Program-made: the position numbers and the translations under genes
From: Gemmatimonadota bacterium
Lineage (GTDB): Bacteria; Gemmatimonadota; Gemmatimonadetes; Gemmatimonadales; GWC2-71-9
Assembly (NCBI GenBank): GCA_041485505.1
Contig: JBGPJS010000001.1
Span: 1-33,822, forward strand
Length of the DNA stretch: 33,822 bases
Direction: 5' to 3'
Part shown: piece after piece, positions 26,779-33,822 of the stretch
Layout of the letters: the number at the start of each line of letters is the position of its first letter
Numbering within the stretch: position 1 is the stretch's first letter
Notes under the pieces: model-generated
Seen by the model: only the letters and a program-made list of their open reading frames with translations
What the model was told of the DNA's origin: nothing
The model's database searches: none

Positions 26779-27234
26779 TCAGTACTCGGTCGACACCTGC
26801 GCTTCTTCCCTGCTCTCCAGAGCGGCCTTGAGGGCATGCCAAGAAAGGCCGGCGCACTTGACCCGGGCCGGAAACTCCTTCACCCCGGAGAAGACCTCCA
26901 GTTTGGCCGGCAGGGCGACAGCGCCACTGGTTTCCTGACCGGTGATCATTCTCTGAAACTGGTCGAACAACGCGACAGCTTCCCCCCGGGTCTTACCCTT
27001 GACGATCGAGGTCATGAGTGACGCGGAGGCTTTCGAGATGGCACAGCCGGAACCCAGGAAGCTCACATCCGCGATCCGATCCCCCTCCATCTTGATCCAG
27101 ACCGAAAGCTGGTCGCCACAGAGCGGGTTGTAGCCCTCGGCGTGGCGATCAGCGTCCTCGATCTTCCGGTAATTTCGTGGTGCCCGGTTGTGGTCGAGGA
27201 TGACGTTCTGGTACAGCTCGCTCAGGCTCCCCAT
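26779..27234 (-). CDS. sufU: SUF-system Fe-S scaffold/sulfur acceptor SufU (NifU/IscU-like)
   Basis: 151-aa ORF. Motifs NPLCGDQL, GSGCAISKASASLMT and C-terminal VKCAGLSW. ATG shares 1 nt with the sufS stop (TGATG). Confidence 0.9.
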   Translation of the reverse strand: MGSLSELYQNVILDHNRAPRNYRKIEDADRHAEGYNPLCGDQLSVWIKMEGDRIADVSFLGSGCAISKASASLMTSIVKGKTRGEAVALFDQFQRMITGQETSGAVALPAKLEVFSGVKEFPARVKCAGLSWHALKAALESREEAQVSTEY

Positions 27235-28505
27235 CAGCCGAAGACCTTCCGGACCTTCAAGAGGCCGGCGACCAGGGCATCCACCTCTTCCCGGGTATTG
27301 TAGAGGGCGAACGAGGCCCGAGCCGTTGCCGGGACGCCGAAGCGTTTCATAAGCGGTTGGGCGCAGTGGTGGCCCGCCCGGATCGCGATCCCGTCGTGAT
27401 CGAGGACGGTGCCGATATCGTGAGGATGGGCCACGTCCATGACAAAGGAAAGCACCGCCACTTTGTCCCGACCGGTTCCAATGAGCCGCACCCCCGGCAC
27501 CTCGGCGATCTGCTCGGTGGCGTACTGGAGCAGGTTGGCCTCATGGGCCCCGATGCTCTCCAAGCCGATTCGCTGCAGGTATTCCACCGCGACCCCAAGG
27601 CCGATGACTTCGGCGATCGGCGGCGTGCCCGCCTCGAAGCGCATGGGCGAGGGAGCAAACGTGGTCCTTTCGAAGCTCACCGTCGCGATCATGCCACCGC
27701 CCCCCTGCCAGGGAGGCATCCGTTCCAGCAGGTCCGATCGCCCATAGAGGACGCCCACACCAGTCGGCCCCAGCATTTTGTGGGCGGAGCAGGCGAAGAA
27801 ATCGCACCCCAGCGCCTGGACATCCACCGTCAGGTGGGGCGCGGACTGGGCCCCGTCGACCACCACCACCGCGCCGCGAGCATGGGCCAGATCGGCGACT
27901 TGTCGGACCGGGTTGATGGTGCCCAGGACGTTCGACCCATGGGCCAGGGCGACAATGCGGGTACGGTCGTTGATGAGTCCATCCAACCCATCGAGCCGAA
28001 GCTCTCCCTCGTCGGTCAGGGGGATCACCCGAATGACCGCCCCGGTCTGCTCCCGGATGAGCTGCCAGGGAACGATGTTCGAGTGGTGCTCCATCTCGGT
28101 GAGCAGGATCTCGTCCCCTGGCCTGAGCACAGTCCGCCCGTAGCTTTGGGCAACGAGATTGATGGAGGCGGTGGTCCCCGCGGTAAAGATGATCTCCGAA
28201 GGGCTGGCGGCGTTGAAGAAACGGCGCACTCGTTCCCGGACGCCGTCGTACTCTGCGGTAGCTTGCTGGCTCAGGTAGTGCACGCCCCGATGCACGTTGG
28301 CGTTCCGATGAGCGTTGAATTCATCGATCGCGTCGATGACTGGCTGCGGTTTCTGGCTGGTGGCGGCGTTGTCCAGATAGACCAGTGGCCGCCCGTGCAC
28401 CAGGGTGCGGAGGATCGGAAAATCCTGCCGGACTGCTGCCACATCCAGGGGCCGAAGCGGCGTCCGGGAAGGAGGGGTCTTAATCAGCCCACGGGTCGCG
28501 GTCAT
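27234..28505 (-). CDS. sufS: Cysteine desulfurase SufS (group II)
   Basis: ATG 28505 (MTATRGLIK...). Motifs MEHHSNIVPWQ, PLP-lysine SAHKMLGPTGVGVLYG, active-site loop RAGHHCAQPL. Confidence 0.9.
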   Translation of the reverse strand: MTATRGLIKTPPSRTPLRPLDVAAVRQDFPILRTLVHGRPLVYLDNAATSQKPQPVIDAIDEFNAHRNANVHRGVHYLSQQATAEYDGVRERVRRFFNAASPSEIIFTAGTTASINLVAQSYGRTVLRPGDEILLTEMEHHSNIVPWQLIREQTGAVIRVIPLTDEGELRLDGLDGLINDRTRIVALAHGSNVLGTINPVRQVADLAHARGAVVVVDGAQSAPHLTVDVQALGCDFFACSAHKMLGPTGVGVLYGRSDLLERMPPWQGGGGMIATVSFERTTFAPSPMRFEAGTPPIAEVIGLGVAVEYLQRIGLESIGAHEANLLQYATEQIAEVPGVRLIGTGRDKVAVLSFVMDVAHPHDIGTVLDHDGIAIRAGHHCAQPLMKRFGVPATARASFALYNTREEVDALVAGLLKVRKVFG

Positions 28506-28512
28506 AGAAGTC

Positions 28513-29895
28513 TCAGCGCCCGCGTTGATCAAGGCGGGACATGACTTCTGCCTCCAGGCGCTGGCGGACCGCTTCATGAGGGATCTCCTCCAGGACCTCT
28601 GCCGCGAAGGCGTAGATCAGGATTTTCCGCGCCAGCGCCGGCCCGATCCCCCGACTCTTCAGGTAGAAGAGAGCCGTCTCATCCAGCCGCCCCACGGTCG
28701 CCCCGTGGGTGCACTTCACATCGTCGGCGAAAATCTCCAGCTGCGGCTTGGTATCCACCCGGGCCTGGTCCGAGAGCAGCAGATTGCGGTTGGTCTGCTT
28801 GCCGTCAGTCTTCTGAGCCTCCGGAGTGACGTAGACCTTGCCATTGAAGACCGCGTGAGCCTGACCATCCAGGATTCCCTTGTAGACCTCACGGCTGGCC
28901 CCATTCGGATGGGCGTGAAGGATCGACGTGTGATTGTCGAGCAGCTGCCGGCCCCGGCCCATGTAGAGGCCGTTGAGGTGGGTCTCCACCCCGGTTCCGT
29001 TCATGACAACATCGAGATTGTGCCGAGCGATCGCCCCTCCCAAACTCACTGAGAACGAAGTCAGCCGACTGTCCCGTTCCTGATGGATGTGCGTGGTTCC
29101 AAAGTGATAGGCCTGTTCACTCTCCTGTTCCACGCGCAGGTATTCGAGGGCGGCACCCTCGCTCAAAACGATCTCGGTGACCGGATTGGTCCAGCACATC
29201 ACATCAGCCAGGGAAGCATAGGTCTCGATGACCGACGCCCGGGCGCCACGGCCGAGGAGAATCAGGTTGCGCGGGTGAACCACCGCACCCACCATCGACT
29301 CATCGGTCAGGAAGATCAGGTGTATCGGGGATTCGATCGCTGCCCCCGGGGGCACGTAGAGACTGGCCCCGTCACTGAACATTGCGGTGTTGAGCGCGGT
29401 GAAAGGATTGCCCGTGGAGGCGTGGCGGCCGAGGTAGCGCTGCAGCGACGGAGCATCGACTTCCAGGGCTCGTCGGGTGCCACCCAGCTTGACGCCGGCG
29501 GGCAGTGGCGGCAGGCTGGCGTATGCTGTGAGCCGACCATTCAGGAAGACCAGCTCGGTCCACCCGGCCACCCCATAGCGCTGGCCGGAAAGGTCGATGG
29601 GGCGGAGCGGCCGTCCCAGGCCGGCCGGCCGAAAGGTCCGTTGGGTGACGGGGGTGATACTGGTGAAGCGCCAATCCTCATCGCGGGAAGTCGGGAACCC
29701 GACTGCGCCGAATCGCTCGATGGCCGCGCGCCGAAGCCCCCGGAGCCAGTCCGGCCCCTGCAACTCGTCACCAGTGGCGGCGCTCTCGAACTCCGTGAGG
29801 TACGAGGCCACTCCTGGGGGCTCAGCCCGTGAAGGTCGAACCATCGTCCGGTGGTCCGGCAGGGTGGCACCGGTCACGCGGCCTCCGTTAGCCAT
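28513..29895 (-). CDS. sufD: Fe-S cluster assembly protein SufD
   Basis: C-terminal beta-helix region [49 protein letters not shown]. The start is ambiguous: 29895 overlaps sufC by 22 nt; alternative ATG at 29844. Confidence 0.85.
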   Translation of the reverse strand: MANGGRVTGATLPDHRTMVRPSRAEPPGVASYLTEFESAATGDELQGPDWLRGLRRAAIERFGAVGFPTSRDEDWRFTSITPVTQRTFRPAGLGRPLRPIDLSGQRYGVAGWTELVFLNGRLTAYASLPPLPAGVKLGGTRRALEVDAPSLQRYLGRHASTGNPFTALNTAMFSDGASLYVPPGAAIESPIHLIFLTDESMVGAVVHPRNLILLGRGARASVIETYASLADVMCWTNPVTEIVLSEGAALEYLRVEQESEQAYHFGTTHIHQERDSRLTSFSVSLGGAIARHNLDVVMNGTGVETHLNGLYMGRGRQLLDNHTSILHAHPNGASREVYKGILDGQAHAVFNGKVYVTPEAQKTDGKQTNRNLLLSDQARVDTKPQLEIFADDVKCTHGATVGRLDETALFYLKSRGIGPALARKILIYAFAAEVLEEIPHEAVRQRLEAEVMSRLDQRGR

Positions 29896-30620
29896 TCGTA
29901 ACCCCGCGCCTCGAGTTCGAGTGCGAGTTCTTTGCCGCCGGACTTCACAATTCGTCCAGCCGAGAGGACATGGACGAAATCAGGGATGATGTAGTTGAGA
30001 AGCCTTTGATAGTGGGTCACCACGATGGTGGCCCGGTCGGGGCGGCGCAGGGTGTTCACGCCGGCCGCCACGATCCGCAAGGCGTCGATGTCGAGCCCGG
30101 AGTCGGTTTCATCGAGAATGGCCAGGCGGGGCTCCAGCACAGCCATCTGCAGGATCTCGTTGCGCTTTTTCTCACCACCCGAGAATCCGTGATTGACCGC
30201 CCGGGACATGATTTCCGGACCCCATTCCACGACCTTGAGTTTTTCTTCCAGAAGGTCGAGGAAATCGATCGGATCCGCCTCCTCGAGTCCCCGGGCTTTC
30301 CGAATCTCATTGTAGGCCGCGCGCAGAAAGTAGGCGTTGGTGACGCCGGGAATCTCCACCGGATACTGAAACGCCAGGAATACACCAGCCTGAGCCCGCG
30401 CCTCGGGGTCCATTGCCAGAAGATTCTTCCCGTCGTACAGCACTTCTCCACCGGTCACCTCATACGTGGGGTGACCCGCGAGCACCTGCGCCAGCGTACT
30501 CTTCCCGGAGCCGTTAGGCCCCATGACGGCGTGCACTTCCCCCGCCTTCACGGAGAGGTCGATGCCCTTGAGGATTTCCATGTCTCCGGCACTGGCTCGG
30601 AGGCCCTTGATTTCAAGCAC
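29874..30620 (-). CDS. sufC: Fe-S cluster assembly ATPase SufC
   Basis: 248-aa ORF. Walker [11 protein letters not shown], signature [13 protein letters not shown], Walker [13 protein letters not shown]. Confidence 0.95.
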   Translation of the reverse strand: MLEIKGLRASAGDMEILKGIDLSVKAGEVHAVMGPNGSGKSTLAQVLAGHPTYEVTGGEVLYDGKNLLAMDPEARAQAGVFLAFQYPVEIPGVTNAYFLRAAYNEIRKARGLEEADPIDFLDLLEEKLKVVEWGPEIMSRAVNHGFSGGEKKRNEILQMAVLEPRLAILDETDSGLDIDALRIVAAGVNTLRRPDRATIVVTHYQRLLNYIIPDFVHVLSAGRIVKSGGKELALELEARGYEWLTEAA

Positions 30621-30672
30621 TCTTTGAACTCCGTTGTCGGTTAGGCCTGTGGGCTATGGGTCAGGGGCTTCA

Positions 30673-32112
30673 TCACCCTACACTTCCTTCGAGACTGATC
30701 CCCAGCAATTTCTGGGCTTCCACCGCGAACTCCATCGGCAGGTTCTTGAAGACTTCCTTGCAGAAACCGTTCACGATCATGGAGATGGCGTTCTCGGTAT
30801 TGAGGCCCCGTTGCTTGCAATAGAAGATCTGGTCCTCCCCGATCTTCGAGGTGGACGCCTCATGCTCCACCGCCGAGGAGCTGTTCTGCACATCGATGTA
30901 GGGAAAGGTGTGGGCACCGCAGCGATTTCCGATAAGCATCGAGTCGCACTGGGTGTAGTTGCGAGCCCCGGTGGCCTTGGGGAGCACCTTGACCTGTCCC
31001 CGGTAGCTGTTGTTGCCATGTCCCGCGGAGATCCCCTTGGACACGATGGTGCTCCGGGTGTTTCTCCCGAGGTGAATCATCTTGGTGCCGGTATCCGCCT
31101 GCTGGCGGCCATTGACCACCGCGACGGAGTAGAACTCCCCGACCGAGTCATCGCCCTGGAGGATGACACTCGGGTACTTCCAGGTGATGGCGGATCCGGT
31201 CTCGACCTGGGTCCAGGAGATCTTGGACCCCGCCCCCGCGCACTTCCCCCGCTTGGTGACGAAGTTGTAGATCCCGCCCTTTCCCTCGGCATCGCCGGCG
31301 TACCAGTTTTGCACCGTGGAGTACTTGATCTGGGCCCCCTCGAGAGCGACCAGCTCGACCACCGCGGCGTGGAGCTGGTTGGTATCCCGCTTGGGAGCGG
31401 TACAGCCCTCGAGATAGCTGACGTAGGCCCCCTCGTCGGCCACGATCAGGGTCCGCTCGAATTGGCCGGCATCCGCGGTATTGATCCGGAAGTAGGTCGA
31501 GAGCTCCATGGGACAGCGCACGCCCTTCGGGATGTAGACGAAGGAACCGTCGCTGAAGACCGCGGAGTTGAGAGTCGCGAAGAAATTGTCGTTATACGGT
31601 ACCACGGAACCAAGGTACTTGCGGACCAGCTCGGGGTGTTCACGCACTGCCTCGGAGAAGGAGCAGAAGATCACCCCGGATTTCGAGAGGGTCTCCTTGA
31701 AGGTGGTGGCCACGGATACACTGTCGAAGATGGCGTCCACCGCGACACCGGCGAACAGCTTCTGCTCGGAAAGCGAGATGCCGAGCTTCTCGTAGGTCCG
31801 GAGCAGTTCCGGGTCTACCTCATCCAGACTACCCAGCGGCTTCTTGGTCCTGGGCGCCGAGTAGTAAATGATGTCCTGATAGTCGAGGACGGGGTATTGA
31901 ATGTTGGCCCAGTGGTGCGGCTCCTGCATGGTGAGCCAGCGGCGATACGCCTTGAGCCGCCACTCCAGCATGAACGCCGGTTCTCCCTTCTTGGCGGAGA
32001 TGAGCCGGATGACGTCCTCGCTGAGGCCACGCGGGATGACATCGGCCTCGATGTCCGTCACGAAGCCGTACTTGTAGTCCTGGTTGACCAGGCTCTCGAT
32101 CGGTGAACTCAT
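30673..32112 (-). CDS. sufB: Fe-S cluster assembly protein SufB
   Basis: ATG 32112 gives [22 protein letters not shown] (canonical SufB N-terminus). 479 aa, so there is no room for an intein. Overlaps the sufR stop (ATGA 32109-32112). Confidence 0.95.
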   Translation of the reverse strand: MSSPIESLVNQDYKYGFVTDIEADVIPRGLSEDVIRLISAKKGEPAFMLEWRLKAYRRWLTMQEPHHWANIQYPVLDYQDIIYYSAPRTKKPLGSLDEVDPELLRTYEKLGISLSEQKLFAGVAVDAIFDSVSVATTFKETLSKSGVIFCSFSEAVREHPELVRKYLGSVVPYNDNFFATLNSAVFSDGSFVYIPKGVRCPMELSTYFRINTADAGQFERTLIVADEGAYVSYLEGCTAPKRDTNQLHAAVVELVALEGAQIKYSTVQNWYAGDAEGKGGIYNFVTKRGKCAGAGSKISWTQVETGSAITWKYPSVILQGDDSVGEFYSVAVVNGRQQADTGTKMIHLGRNTRSTIVSKGISAGHGNNSYRGQVKVLPKATGARNYTQCDSMLIGNRCGAHTFPYIDVQNSSSAVEHEASTSKIGEDQIFYCKQRGLNTENAISMIVNGFCKEVFKNLPMEFAVEAQKLLGISLEGSVG

Positions 32113-32843
32113 GCGTGCTCCCCCTCGACCCGGCCGGATTCCCAGCCCCGGAGTTCGACATAGGGCGAGCCGCTCGCATCGGGCTGGGAGAACTGGACGC
32201 TGTATTCGCAGGCGCTGCAACCACTCAGGATATGCGCCCGGCGCTCGACCACTGCGGCGAGCACCTCCTGGAGAAATTTCGCTTCAGCGGCGCAGACCTC
32301 AGGAAACCGTTCCGCCACCGCGCGGATCGCGCAATTGTGTTCGGTAAGGCGGAAACTGCCCTTCTGTTCCTCCCACTCTGCCATGAAGCCACCTTCGATC
32401 AGGGCTTGCATGACCGCCTCCATCCGTCTGGAAGGAGGCGCGTCGGCGAGCTCGGCCTGGAGTCTTCGGGAAAGAGCGGAATAGCGCTGCTCCAAGGCCG
32501 ACACCACGGCAGCACGGCCGCTGCTCTCGACGACCCGCTCCAGCACCTCCGTGAGCATTTCCTTATAGCGTTGCGGGAAGAGCGACTCACCGGCCGGGTT
32601 TAGGTGATAGGCGAATGTGGGTGCTCCCAGTCCTCGTTGCTCCCGTCGATAGTGAATGAGACACTCCGCCTCCAACTCCTTGAGGTGGTGGCGAACAGCG
32701 TTGAGGGAGAGTCCCAGACGATCCGCCAGGTTCTTGGCAGTCAGTGGGGCAGCGCGCTTCAATTCCACGAGAATGGCGCCCCGCGGGCCTTTGTAGGCTA
32801 GCGGCAGCGACAGCTCCGCGAAGTCAGCGACGGAAGTTTCCAT
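32109..32843 (-). CDS. sufR: SufR-like winged-helix (ArsR/DeoR-type) regulator with C-terminal Cys cluster
   Basis: N-terminal HTH ([25 protein letters not shown]). Four C-terminal Cys arranged C-X12-C-X24-C-X2-C. First gene of the suf operon. ATG 32843 preferred over TTG 32855, which lies inside the predicted -10. Confidence 0.7.
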   Translation of the reverse strand: METSVADFAELSLPLAYKGPRGAILVELKRAAPLTAKNLADRLGLSLNAVRHHLKELEAECLIHYRREQRGLGAPTFAYHLNPAGESLFPQRYKEMLTEVLERVVESSGRAAVVSALEQRYSALSRRLQAELADAPPSRRMEAVMQALIEGGFMAEWEEQKGSFRLTEHNCAIRAVAERFPEVCAAEAKFLQEVLAAVVERRAHILSGCSACEYSVQFSQPDASGSPYVELRGWESGRVEGEHA

Positions 32844-32854
32844 AGGCGGTGGCA

Positions 32855-32883
32855 ATCCTAGCGCGAGAGTCTGGTATTGTCAA
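32855..32883 (-). promoter_or_regulatory. Sigma-70-like promoter for sufR-sufBCDSU (TTGACA-17 bp-TAGGAT)
   Basis: On the minus strand: TTGACA (32883-32878), a 17-nt spacer, TAGGAT (32860-32855), and only 11 nt between the -10 and the ATG at 32843. Prediction from sequence only. Confidence 0.4.
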
Positions 32884-33002
32884 TTAAATATGATGTTATT
32901 GGCGTGAATTCGTAAGTCCCATGTCCACAACGCCGAAATGTTAGACTCACAGGCACTAAGGGGCCCCAAACGGGAATCGGCGTTGGTCATTGTGCACTAA
33001 GA

Positions 33003-33018
33003 AGTTGTTATAGCAACT
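33003..33018. promoter_or_regulatory. Palindrome AGTTG-TTATAG-CAACT (candidate operator)
   Basis: 5-bp perfect arms with a 6-bp spacer. It ends 2 bp before a perfect TATAAT hexamer. Confidence 0.3.
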
Positions 33019-33020
33019 CC

Positions 33021-33026
33021 TATAAT
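33021..33026 (+). promoter_or_regulatory. Perfect -10 hexamer TATAAT (candidate def promoter; no convincing -35)
   Basis: TATAAT lies 183 bp upstream of the def ATG. No TTGACA-like element sits at 16-18 bp spacing. Confidence 0.3.
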
Positions 33027-33028
33027 GA

Positions 33029-33188
33029 TGGGACAATTTGGAGACCGATCGAACCGCCACAAGTGATTGAATCTCCGGCCAATGGGTATCGGGAGAAGGC
33101 TGATAGCAGAATTCCGGTGTATCGAGATGAGGCCCGATTTGCCCTTCAGGGGAGACTTTACAAGATTGGAGACGGACCAATTGTCCCA
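33029..33188. repeat. Long-range inverted repeat TGGGACAATT / AATTGTCCCA (10 bp perfect, 12 bp with one bulge) enclosing about 140 nt
   Basis: Arms at 33029-33038 and 33179-33188. The repeat extends by GG/CC (33040-33041 / 33077-33078) past a 1-nt bulge. Direct repeat TTGGAGAC at 33038-33045 and 33166-33173 abuts each arm. Confidence 0.6.
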
Positions 33189-33208
33189 GGGACGGGACCT
33201 CAATCACG

Positions 33209-33781
33209 ATGACAATTCACCGAATTCGACTCCTCGGCGATCCAATCCTCCGCACCCGCTGCGAGCCGATCACCAAGCCGCGCTCGACCGCGGTTCGGGT
33301 GATCCTCGACGACCTTAAGGAGACCCTCCGCGACTTCCAGTCCCGGTTCGGGTACGGGCGGGCGATTGCGGCCCCACAGATCGGTGCACCGGTGCGGGTG
33401 ATCTACGTCGAAATGGAGAAACCGTGGCCACTGATCAACCCCGAAATCGTCGACGTGGGCAATGAGGACTTCACCGTCTGGGACGACTGCTTCTCCTTCC
33501 CCAATCTCCTCGTCCGGGTCTCCCGGGCTCACCGCCTCAAGGTTCGGTATCAGGATGTGAAGGGGGAGTGGCAGACGGTGGATCTCGAGGGCGATCGGGC
33601 AGAACTGTTGCAGCACGAGATCGACCACCTCGACGGCGTCCTCGCGGTGGACCGGCCCCATGGGCTGGATCCATTTTGTTTGCGGGAGGAGTGGAATCGG
33701 ATTCACGCCTTAAACGGCCGTTACGGCGAGCCGGAGCCGAGAAGCGCTAACTATGCGACGCCATTGACGGGGTTGTTGTAG
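33209..33781 (+). CDS. def: Peptide deformylase
   Basis: 190-aa ORF. N-terminus MTIHRIRLLGDPILR, motif 1 GRAIAAPQIG, Cys motif DDCFSFP (EGCLS-equivalent), metal motif QHEIDHLDG. Confidence 0.85.
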   Translation: MTIHRIRLLGDPILRTRCEPITKPRSTAVRVILDDLKETLRDFQSRFGYGRAIAAPQIGAPVRVIYVEMEKPWPLINPEIVDVGNEDFTVWDDCFSFPNLLVRVSRAHRLKVRYQDVKGEWQTVDLEGDRAELLQHEIDHLDGVLAVDRPHGLDPFCLREEWNRIHALNGRYGEPEPRSANYATPLTGLL

Positions 33782-33805
33782 ATGGGCAGATGGGCAGATG
33801 GGCAG
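33780..33805. repeat. Tandem 8-mer AGATGGGC x3.25 at the def stop codon
   Basis: Read directly: tAGATGGGCAGATGGGCAGATGGGCAG. The first unit includes the last two bases of the def TAG stop. Confidence 0.7.
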
Positions 33806-33822
33806 GACAGAAGTTCGAAGCA

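Noticed and set aside
27357-28544. 395-aa ORF antisense to sufS
   Set aside because: Shadow ORF. sufS on the other strand has the PLP-lysine and active-site Cys motifs.
30634-32106. 490-aa ORF antisense to sufB. The same reasoning covers the other long antisense ORFs: 5545-6483, 6393-7313, 7314-8030, 10250-11032, 11071-11763, 11492-12166, 12363-13442, 13523-14161, 20720-21466, 22502-23083, 23690-24268, 25160-25876, 29083-29832 and 33200-33706.
   Set aside because: All overlap confidently identified genes on the other strand, and all are G/R/P/D/H-rich without motifs. Stop-codon depletion in GC-rich DNA explains their length.
33003-33018. AGTTG-N6-CAACT as a SufR operator
   Set aside because: The SufR operator I recall from cyanobacteria/actinobacteria is CAAC-N6-GTTG, the opposite arm order. 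This site is more than 120 bp upstream of the predicted sufR -35 and sits next to the def-side TATAAT instead. It is retained only as an unassigned candidate operator.
33119-33152. Resemblance of GUAUCGAGAUGAGGCCCGAUUUGCCCUUCAGGGG to the SAM-I riboswitch core (UAUCAAGAG...GGCCCGAUGAA.CCC)
   Set aside because: The kink-turn/GAGGGA element and GCAACC segment are absent. I could not build the four-helix junction, and def is not a usual SAM-regulated gene. Similarity is probably coincidental; Rfam cmscan would settle it.
33029-33188. MITE-like element (160 bp bounded by 10-12 bp terminal inverted repeats)
   Set aside because: There is no target-site duplication flanking the arms (ATGA vs GGGA), no second copy anywhere in the 33.8-kb window, and no transposase. 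It is kept as a repeat/structure observation only.
32856-33208. Possible oriC: AT-rich spacer at a minus-to-plus gene-orientation switch, about 11.5 kb from the parS sites
   Set aside because: There is only one reasonable DnaA-box-like 9-mer (ATGTCCACA, 32921-32929; 7/9 to TTATCCACA), plus two weak ones (GCCACA, CTCACA cores). The AT-rich stretch (about 32876-32900) is only ~25 bp and coincides with the predicted sufR promoter. No dnaA or dnaN is nearby. This is not enough to call an origin; whole-genome GC skew would decide.
33780-33805. Considered whether the tandem octamers could be the edge of a CRISPR array or other long repeat array
   Set aside because: The units are 8 bp and contiguous with no spacers. 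There are only about 3 copies and no cas genes. This is a simple microsatellite-type repeat.

Overview
This is a visibly GC-rich bacterial chromosomal segment (my estimate is mid-60s % GC, not computed). It is densely packed, with about 36 supportable CDS. I found no rRNA, tRNA, CRISPR array, transposase, integrase or phage gene.

Content from left to right:
- copA-csoR copper efflux and sensing.
- A minus-strand string: class-V PLP enzyme, LOG, DinB, deoxyhypusine-synthase-like enzyme, MFS transporter.
- A plus-strand chain: 88-aa ORF, type-II NADH dehydrogenase, queG, VOC/glyoxalase.
- An AI-2E transporter, divergent from plsC.
- A BMP-lipoprotein (nucleoside-type) ABC uptake operon with a NIF3-family gene embedded in it.
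- Two parS sites followed by parA, parB, an M23 peptidase and a bactofilin.
- mnmG.
- A natAB-like ABC-2 exporter.
- A sufR-sufBCDSU operon that continues into a bacilliredoxin (BrxA/B-type) gene and a small unknown gene.
- def (peptide deformylase).

Gene starts and stops very often overlap (ATGA, GTGA, TGATG), and Shine-Dalgarno motifs are mostly not evident. The many long ORFs antisense to recognised genes are typical high-GC shadow frames.

I do not see an obvious defence or mobile novel system; this looks like an origin-proximal housekeeping region. The items most worth a second look are:
1. The translationally chained parAB, M23 and bactofilin unit next to parS.
2. The suf operon extended by a bacilliredoxin and a His-rich 93-aa unknown protein.
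3. The 353-bp low-GC sufR/def spacer, which has a long-range inverted repeat and a palindrome beside a perfect TATAAT.
4. The DHS-like enzyme coupled to an MFS transporter.
5. NIF3 embedded in a nucleoside ABC operon.

All functional calls rest on motif recognition by eye. No searches were run.
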